From contig OX597815.1 of assembly GCA_951406725.2 (NCBI GenBank), forward strand, positions 184,140,001 through 184,204,000: DNA of 64,000 nt, in the 5' to 3' direction. Under the pieces are notes generated by a model. That model saw only the letters and a program-made list of their open reading frames with translations, ran no database searches and was not told where the DNA came from. Position 1 is the first letter of the stretch, and each line of letters begins with the position of its first letter. The DNA is from Octopus vulgaris (taxonomy: Eukaryota). Shown one piece after another: positions 55,418 to 64,000 of this stretch. The position numbers were made by a program, and so were the translations under genes.

Positions 55418-55452
<35 letters not shown>

Positions 55453-55487
55453 ATATATATGTATATATGTATATATATGTATATATG

Positions 55488-55522
<35 letters not shown>

Positions 55523-55556
55523 ATATGTATATGTATATATGTATATGTATATATTA
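55021..55556. repeat. (TA)/(TATG) microsatellite flanked by a 31-bp inverted repeat
   Basis: Inverted arms at 54982-55012 and 55570-55600. Confidence 0.85.
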
Positions 55557-55768
55557 TGTAAGCCTCCGAGTACGTACGTGGCTTTCAATGAATGTTTCTA
55601 AATTATTATTTAGTTTACTGCTAACTCCGTCTCTGTTGTCGTCTATTTCCATATAAGAAGCGCACAACCTATATAACTTGGAATTTACGTATCATTTAAA
55701 TACCTAACATGCTACTTATAAAACTATCAATTTTGTCTTAACAACAATTTTGTCTTAACAATCGCATG

Positions 55769-55815
<47 letters not shown>

Positions 55816-55940
55816 ATGTATAGAATACACATACATACATACATACATATATATATATATATATGTATGTGTATGTATAGAATACACATACATACATACA
55901 TATATATATATATATATGTATGTGTATGTATAGAATACAC

Positions 55941-55974
<34 letters not shown>

Positions 55975-56047
55975 GTATGTATAGAATACACATACATACA
56001 TACATACATATATATACTTACAAAAATATATTTGAAAATATATACAT

Positions 56048-56390
56048 GTGCGGTTTTGAATCACCACCCTACTACATCTACGCATTGAAAGTAGATTGCC
56101 AACGTCACGTCAGCAACAACTCACCCTGTTAAGCTCAGAAACTGCTATTAAATTCAGGCCACGGCAGGCAGAGAGAAAGTTCTTGAAGCCGACAATTTGA
56201 AATTACACAAAACAATATTTACAATATCACCGGAGGAAACCCAACTAAATCTCGTAATGCAGGGAATCGGTTGCTTTAACAAGTACCTGCACGCCAGGAG
56301 AATTTATGTCGCAGAAAAACAATTGTAGTGATACAGAAATAAATGTCCAATCGTACTCATTCTTCTTGACACCAATTTTTTTCAGTTATC
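56048..56390 (+). mobile_element. Third copy of the HHR-bearing element, with a decayed HHR at 56226-56332
   Basis: atcac CGGAGGA ... aaaac aatt GTA gtgat; body matches 47685-48135. Confidence 0.65.
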
Positions 56391-56526
56391 TATTCACACA
56401 TGACAGATTACCCAAAGCAAGCCTGGAAGTAGATCTAATTCTACTACAGGATAGCATAGGATGAAATCTGAAGGTGGACGACGTCTACACTGTACTCTAC
56501 TATCTTCTTAACAGAATGTACCATAA

Positions 56527-56614
<88 letters not shown>

Positions 56615-56725
56615 GTACATCTATGCATATACATATATACGTACATCTATGCATATACATATATACGTACATCTATGCATATACATATATACGTGCATCT
56701 ATACATATACATATATACGTACATC

Positions 56726-56762
<37 letters not shown>

Positions 56763-56763
<1 letters not shown>

Positions 56764-57325
56764 TGGGGCTATTCTAAAGTAACCGAAAATTTTCTCTCTA
56801 GGACACACCCATTTAGTTCAGACTTCCACCGCTAGAAGCCACTTGAAGTGATCCTCAGGCCTCAGTCTGCCGACCGACGTCATCTACTAATGTAGTGCCA
56901 CGCGTTGCGCCTTTAGTTTGCAGTGACTCTTCCCTTTTGGTCGATTTTTGCGATGGGTGAAACGAAGGACGAGCGTGGTTCCGTGAAATTTTGTTTTCTA
57001 CTGGGGAAAACGGTGACCGAAACAGTTGTCACGCTTTAAGCAGCTTACAAGGATGCTGTCATGAGCAAAATACAAGCTTACCACTAGTTTCCACGCTTTA
57101 GAAATGGTCACTTGATGTTTGAAAAGCAACCTACATCAGAACGAGCATCGATCTCGCGAACAAATGAAATCATTATGAAAATTCATGAATTGATCTCGGA
57201 GGACCGCCGCCAAATACTTGGCGAACTTGTTGATATAACTGGTGTGTCATAAAAACAAAACGGACACGTTAAAAGGCATCATCTCGCAAGAGTTCCAACA
57301 CAGCTTGGAATAGTAGAAAACGCGT
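56763..57325 (+). mobile_element. Mariner remnant (N-terminal HTH region fused to the C-terminus)
   Basis: MGETKDERGSVKFCFLLGKTVTET...FPRFRNG...EDRRQILGEL from 56953, then LKGIISQEFQHSLE. Confidence 0.8.
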
Positions 57326-57419
57326 TTTATTTCTTTACTGCCCACAAGGGGCTACACACAGAGAGAACAAACAAGAACAAACACGTCTATAAGCTTGAAG
57401 AATGAGAATTAATTTATTT

Positions 57420-58548
57420 TTGTATTGGCGATGATATTGTAGTGAAACACTGAGCAACGATACAGAAGACACGAAGATGAGTATTACGCATGAAGCTGTG
57501 AGACGATCTTAAGGCAATTGTCATCCGTTGCGTTCGGTAAAGTTGAATTTGTGGAGAGCATATTCACAATAAATGAGATGGGTAGAAATGTAGGTAAAGG
57601 AGTTGATTACAGGGCCAAAAATATGATGGACCCGAAAAAGAGAGGGTGCTGGAGAAAAAACTACCTGTGTTTGACAAGGATGCAGATTGGACGTAGATAT
57701 TAAAGTAAGAGGTTTGTATATGCAGGTTACGCAGTCTATAGACGTGTTTCAAGAAGAGATGAGGGATGAGGAATATGGCGAGTTTGGAATGGATGACATG
57801 AAATAAGCACAGAAAAGTGTTTTAAATGACGAAGTGAAGAGAAGCTTCGTGAGGTCAACTTGGGATCGAATTCAGAGACAATGAGAGTGCAGCTTAGACA
57901 AGATTTATGTGTGTGTGTGTGCGTATGTGTCAGTGTGTGTCAGTGGGTGTGCGCGGGGTGTAGTGTGCACGCATGTATGTGTGTGTGTGTGACGGTATCA
58001 AGTGAAATTTTAAATTCCGCCGAGGTTGATTTCGCCTTTCATCCTTTCGGGGTCGATTAAATAAGTACCAGTTACGCACTAGGGTCGATATAATCGACTT
58101 AATCCGTTTGTCTGTCCTTGTTTGAACTCATTGTTTCGCCCCTTGTGGGTAGTAAAGAAATAGGTATTTCGTTCTGAGTTCAAATTCCGCCAAGGTCAAC
58201 TTTGCCTTTCATCCTTTCGGGGACGATTAAATAAGTACCAGTTACGCACTGGGGTCGATATAATCGACTTAATCCGTTTGTCTGTCCTTGTTTGTCCCCT
58301 CTGTGTTTAGCCCCTTGTGGGTAATAAAGAAATAGGTATCAAGTGAAATGCTGGATGAATTCAGGTTCTGTATCACAATTAGTATCGAGCATAGAGAGGG
58401 GTAGGGTGCGGAGAATTTGCGAGTGTGCAATGGAGTGTTTCGTGTGGGTGGAATGAGAACATTTGAAGATGAGCAAGTGTACGAAATCGGTAGGTGTGTA
58501 AAATGTACTTGGAGATGATGTGAGATTTGGTTGATAGTAAATAGCCTG

Positions 58549-58550
<2 letters not shown>
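57420..58550 (-). pseudogene. Penelope-like (Neptune-type) RT thumb to GIY-YIG remnant, interrupted by SINE B and microsatellite
   Basis: STFYTPTDFVHLLIFKCSHSTHTKHSIAHSQILR resembles Y.KPTD...L...S.HP.H.K.SI.YSQ.LR. HIFGPVINSFTYISTHLIYCE resembles the FTC.S.N.IYCI lead-in to GIY-YIG. Confidence 0.7.
58009..58334 (+). mobile_element. 5'-truncated SINE family B dimer with a 15-bp TSD
   Basis: TSD ggtatcaagtgaaat at 57994-58008 and 58335-58349. Confidence 0.85.
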
Positions 58551-58588
<38 letters not shown>

Positions 58589-58795
58589 CATGTTAATATA
58601 TATATATATGTATGTATGTACATGAATATACATATATTATCTAGTTACATATATATATACATACATGTTAATATATATATATATGTATGTATGTACATGA
58701 ATATACATATATTATCTAGTTACATATATATATGTATACATGTAATATATATATGTATGTACATGTATATACATATATTATCTAGCTACATACAT

Positions 58796-58841
<46 letters not shown>

Positions 58842-59340
58842 CATAACTATATATATATCATAACTATATACAAACACACACCACACACACACATACGCGC
58901 GCGCGCACATACACACACACGTACACACACACGCACGCATATTTTTATTAGAGTCTTTCCGTGTCAGTATGCATTTCTGTCTATCTGCCAATATCTCTAA
59001 CTTATAGGTCTCACCGCCTGGCAGTGTTCCTTTTCTCACTGTTTATTCAGAACACTCTGTTATCCTAATCAATATATCAATCGATCTCCATCTGCTCGTT
59101 TATGCTACTCCTGATTGTTCACGGTTCGGCTTATCTCTTTTATAAATATCGTAGACTACCTTCTACGTAATATAGTGATTTGAAAAAAAAAAAGAAAAGA
59201 AAACTTCGTTTTACTGATTTTTTAAAAATGAAAGTAGGAGACAAAAATCTCTCAAGTCTTATTCATAATTTAAAATGGCGCATTTAAGAAATATATCTCC
59301 GCCATTTCAGAGACAAATACGCAACACGGTTGAAAATATA

Positions 59341-59520
59341 CTCTCTTACTCTTATACTTGTTTCAGTCATTTGACTGCGGCCATGCTGGAGAACCGCCTT
59401 TAGTCGAACTCATCGACCCCAGGACTTATTCTTTGTAAGTCTTGTGCTTTTTCTCTCCGTGTCTTTTACCGAACCGCTCAGTTACGGGTACGTAAACATA
59501 CCAACATCGGTGACCGGACA

Positions 59521-59576
<56 letters not shown>

Positions 59577-59734
59577 TACATACACACAGCGGGTTTCTTT
59601 CAGTTTACATCTACCAAAATCCACTCAGAAAGATTTGGTCGGCCCGTGGGTATAGCAGAAGACACGTAGTGGAACTGAACCCGGAATCCTGTGATTGGGA
59701 AACAAGTTTCTTACCACACAACCACTCCTGCGCC
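59341..59734 (-). mobile_element. SINE family A
   Basis: Reverse complement match to family A. Confidence 0.8.
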
Positions 59735-59748
59735 TATATCTAATATTT

Positions 59749-59977
59749 GCGGCGAGCTGGCAGAAACGTTAGTGCGCCGGACGAAATGCTTAGCGGTATT
59801 TCGTCTGTCGTTACGTTCTGAGTTCAAATTCCGCCGGGGTCGACTTTGCCTGTCATCCTCTCGGGGTCGATAAATAAAGTACCAGTTTCGCACTGGGTCG
59901 ACATAATCGACTTAATCCCTTTGTCTGTCCTTGTTTGTCCCCTCTATGTTTAGCCCCTTGTGGGCAATAAAGAAATA
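59749..59977 (+). mobile_element. SINE family B with a 14-bp TSD
   Basis: TSD tatatctaatattt on both sides. Confidence 0.9.
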
Positions 59978-60077
59978 TATATCTAATATTTACATGCATG
60001 CCCTTGCAAAGCAGTTCCACGGTCCTCACTCATACACAAGTATACATACATACACACACACACACATACACACACAT

Positions 60078-60123
<46 letters not shown>

Positions 60124-60272
60124 ATATAAATAATATATATATATATATATATTTATTTATATATATATATATTATTTATATATATATATATATATATTTA
60201 TTTATATATATATATATATATTTATTTATATATATATATATATATATTTATTTATATATATATATATATATA

Positions 60273-60307
<35 letters not shown>

Positions 60308-60674
60308 TCCTTTATTTGTTTCAGTCATTTGACTGCGGGCATGCTGGAACAAATCCTTTGGGAGCCTAGTACTTATCCTGTCGGACTCTTTAGCCGAACC
60401 GCTAAGTTACGGGGACGTAAATACACCAACATCGGTTGTCAAGCGATGATGGGCGTGTGTGCAAACACACACACACATACGCACACAAACACACATATAT
60501 ATATATATACATATATGAGTTCTTTCAGTTTCCGTCTACCAAATCCACTCACAAGGCTTTGGTCGGCCTGAGGCTATAGTAGAAGACACCGGCCCAAGGT
60601 GCCACGCAGTGGGACTGAACCCGGGACATAGTGGCTGGTAAGCAAGCTTCTTACCACACAGCCATGCCTGTTCC
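60308..60674 (-). mobile_element. SINE family A
   Basis: Reverse complement match to family A. Confidence 0.8.
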
Positions 60675-60777
60675 TATACATATACATATATAGAATATTC
60701 TTTGTTGTTTGCACATAATGTAAATATGGCGATGAGGATAAGATACTCTCTGTATATATTTAGACTAATGAGTAGAC

Positions 60778-61146
60778 AATTACTATTTTTAAATCTCACA
60801 ACGTGAGATATTCAGCAACAGCACTTTGGAGTAAAGATTTTTGCCAACATAACATGGCAGTCCTGGTTTACGACGAATGTTGCTGTAATTTAGCCCCAGG
60901 AGATATCGTCCCCAGCTGGCAATAAGACACGATATGTGTCCATATATGAGGGGAAATAACTCGGAAATCGTGATACACAGATATTGTTTTGAGCTTAGTG
61001 AGGCTGCTAGATTCCCTTGTTCGATAATATAAAGATACAGATCGTGTTGTGCAGCCAGCAAGAGACGATGTCTCCTGGGGCTAAATTACAGCAACATTCG
61101 TCCTAAAGCAGAACTGCCATATTATGTTGGCAAACAATCTTTACTA
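60778..61146. mobile_element. Insertion with ~95-bp inverted arms (60830-60920 / 61054-61145) and a 12-bp flanking direct repeat
   Basis: Arms ...gacgaatgttgctgtaatttagccccaggagatatcgtc / gacgatgtctcctggggctaaattacagcaacattcgtc...; taatgagtagac on both sides. Confidence 0.6.
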
Positions 61147-63009
61147 TAATGAGTAGACGTTCCAAACTTTTGTTATATCTCCTTTGAAAATGAAAACGCC
61201 TTCCATGTCATTAAAGGCGAGAATTTTATTTAAACAGTAGCGTAGATGTCATTGAAGAATATTTTAGTCATTACACGGAGAAAAATATTTCGAATTCGGA
61301 AAATCACATCATGTATTTTAAATTCATTTCTTCGTATACTAAATGCACATTTACAACAGAAAGTTTGAGGCTTAACATGAGATAAGATATGACAGAATTT
61401 AATCCAATATCATCCCTGTATATTTATTTAACTACAATCTCAAAATAATTTACATGTAATATATTTTAATATTTTCTAGAATAATCGGAACTTCATCTAC
61501 TTAAGAAATTACATATATACTTGTAGATAAACAATAGAGATTTAAAAATGGAGTTAGAAATTTCTTTCTTTAACAGAATTTATTTAATATTCGCTTTCAA
61601 ACTTACGAACCACTTTCTCTTTTCTATGTGAATGAACATGCGCAGAAAACGAATCAAATTACTGAAAACTCCATTGTACATTAATGTATTTTACGGCAGA
61701 AAAATCCTAGCCACATTTATATGTATCTTTTACGTCGTAATAGGAAGGATAGGAAAATATTAGAGTTAAAAGCCCTATAATTCACTCCATAATTGCCCAC
61801 GGGTATATGGTGTAGTGGTTAAGAGCGCGGGCTACTAACCCAACGAAGCCACTTTGTCCACGAAAATGAATTACTCCGAATTCTAGTGAGAATGGTATGG
61901 ACAAGAATTACACAATCAGGGCATCTCATCTCTGACCGGTCTAGTGAAAAAGGCAAAGACTTTATCAATATTATTTTGGAAAAAAAAATCTTTGTTCATG
62001 GAAGAAGGTTGCTATTGCAATTTCCTCATCAGCATTTGCTCCAAATTTGTTCGTGGATGATCTGCACATCATGTTTTTAAGCTGCCACTTAACCTAAGGG
62101 GCAATGATTTTCCTGTGCGCAGCATTGGTAAAGTATCTGAAAAATAGTGTTTACTTGGACAAATAAAGGTGAACGCAGGAGATGAACGCGAAAGCAATGG
62201 TTCAGGCGTACATTTAAGGCTCTCGGTAGCATCTTAATAACTCTCTTTTCCACTCGCTTTCTATGTTTGTGAACGACTGTGTTTGTGTGTATATCTGTGT
62301 GTGTGCGCCTGCATTCTTGCGTCTGTGCTATGACTGCAAAACCTATATGTGCCTCCATTAATTTTTCTGTTTATTTTTCTAATTTTTCCGATATATTTTC
62401 CTTTTGTATGTGAACTATTCTGTTTGTCAGTATACTTCACTAGTTATTCTTTCTTAAGGGCTACTTTCACTTTCGCAGGGAAGTTTCACATTTCTCTCTC
62501 TCTCTCTTATTATTTCTTGAATACTGCCGTTTGAAACCCTACATACTCATCTCCTTTGATGTGTCTAGTTTCCCAAATAGCTTTTCCCGTTTATTCACCC
62601 ATCTATATTATTTCACATTTTGATTAAATAAGGTGTACATTTAAGAAAGGATTAATCTTTACACGCAATGTAATAAATCTCCGTTCTTATTTACTTTTTT
62701 TTTATTCATCCACTTGTAATTTCTGCTTCTAAGTGCAGATCGATTAGATTACATTTTGCTTTTTACAGTCATCCACCTCGCATTTTCTTCCTTATACACC
62801 TTAGGCAATCTGTCAACTACGATCTATTATTAATCATTAGAACTTCTATTCCACGTCAATTTCCTTTTGCTTCATCCAGAATTAAACATCTACCTGCCCT
62901 CTATTTTTGTTCCTGTACACACACACAAGCACAAACACATAATACACACACACATATATATATAGACATGTGCATACATACATATTCATACACACGCACA
63001 CACACACAC

Positions 63010-63066
<57 letters not shown>

Positions 63067-63208
63067 CACACACACACACATATATATATATATGCATGCA
63101 TTTGGGTTGTCAATAACCGGTGTATCAACGTCCTATGTTATCTACTTTTGTATTTTCCACTGTTTTCTATTTCAAAATTCATGTCATTAATGCATTTCTA
63201 TTCCGTGA

Positions 63209-63599
63209 CTAGCAGTATCACCCGGTGTTGCTTGGGTTTGTTGCGACCCTTTAGAATTGGAATTTTTGAAAAGTAAAAATTTTGCATTATGTAGCTTGTT
63301 ATTCGCTTTAAGTGAACATTTTCCCGGTTGAGATACATCGAAAAATGGCGACACAGCAGTCAAAAAAATCGTAAGAAATAGGGATTTTCATAGAAAAAAA
63401 GCACTTTTTTGATGTAAATAATTTTTGGTGTTAACATGGTTCGATTTGAATTTGTTCTTCTACGGAAGGAAGAGCAAGCATTCTTCTATCAGATTCTCAA
63501 TTTTGGTCAACTTGCGCCGCAGAGTCCCGGAGGAGATAGTGGTAGTTGAAGGCTAGCAAACCTGCCACACACAGACAACTTCCGCTTTATATATATAGA
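63209..63599 (-). mobile_element. Non-autonomous Helitron
   Basis: Minus strand starts TC (tctatatatataaagcgg) and ends with the hairpin acccaagcaacaccgggt then CTAG; inserted between A and T with no TSD. Confidence 0.8.
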
Positions 63600-64000
63600 T
63601 TTCGGTGTTAATACCATATTCCTTAAATTGCTTCAGTTTCGCTCGCAAGGAATTTTATTTTACACTCGCCGCCACGCTATAATCGCATCCATCTTCAACC
63701 AGTCTATCACATATATTGCACAGCAAAATATAATTAGGCAAGATGATACACGTCCAGTTCCATTGAGCATATTTTTCAAGATGGAAATTATAATTAAGAG
63801 AAGTGGCTGAAAGTATAGCTGTGCCAATTCACCTGACCATGTAATTTACTTTACAACTCAGTCATATGTCTGTGTGAACATATATTACCGTTTTATGGTC
63901 GATAACCCTCCGAATTCCTACTAATTTATACAATTGTATTTTTTTCTTCCATAGTAAAAAGGAACGGAGACTATTTTTATCTTTAATCACATTCTACATT

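Noticed and set aside
55800-56010. Regularly spaced gtatagaatacacatac repeats
   Set aside because: The spacers are microsatellite, so this is a slippage-derived minisatellite.

Overview
AT-rich, microsatellite-dense animal DNA whose SINE, LINE and microsatellite make-up looks like an octopod cephalopod (Octopus-like; this is inferred from repeat style). I find no credible host exon, tRNA/rRNA gene or CRISPR array, and nearly all listed ORFs are translations of microsatellites. The window is a mosaic of dead or non-autonomous mobile elements. These include at least four tRNA-headed SINE families; RTE, CR1-like and R4/Dong-type LINE fragments; a DD37E Tc1-like transposon; three mariner remnants; a Merlin-type MITE; a Helitron; a probable fossil Gypsy pol; and several Penelope-like (PLE) remnants. 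The most notable signal is about a dozen type I hammerhead ribozyme (HHR) motifs from about eight unrelated sequence families. Several have unusually long stem II insertions, two loci carry paired HHRs in fold-back palindromes, and one HHR lies in a 364-bp head-to-tail retrozyme-like repeat. There are also many fold-back palindromes beside (TA)n tracts and recent templated inverted copies of nearby DNA. Coordinates were read by eye and may be off by a few bases.
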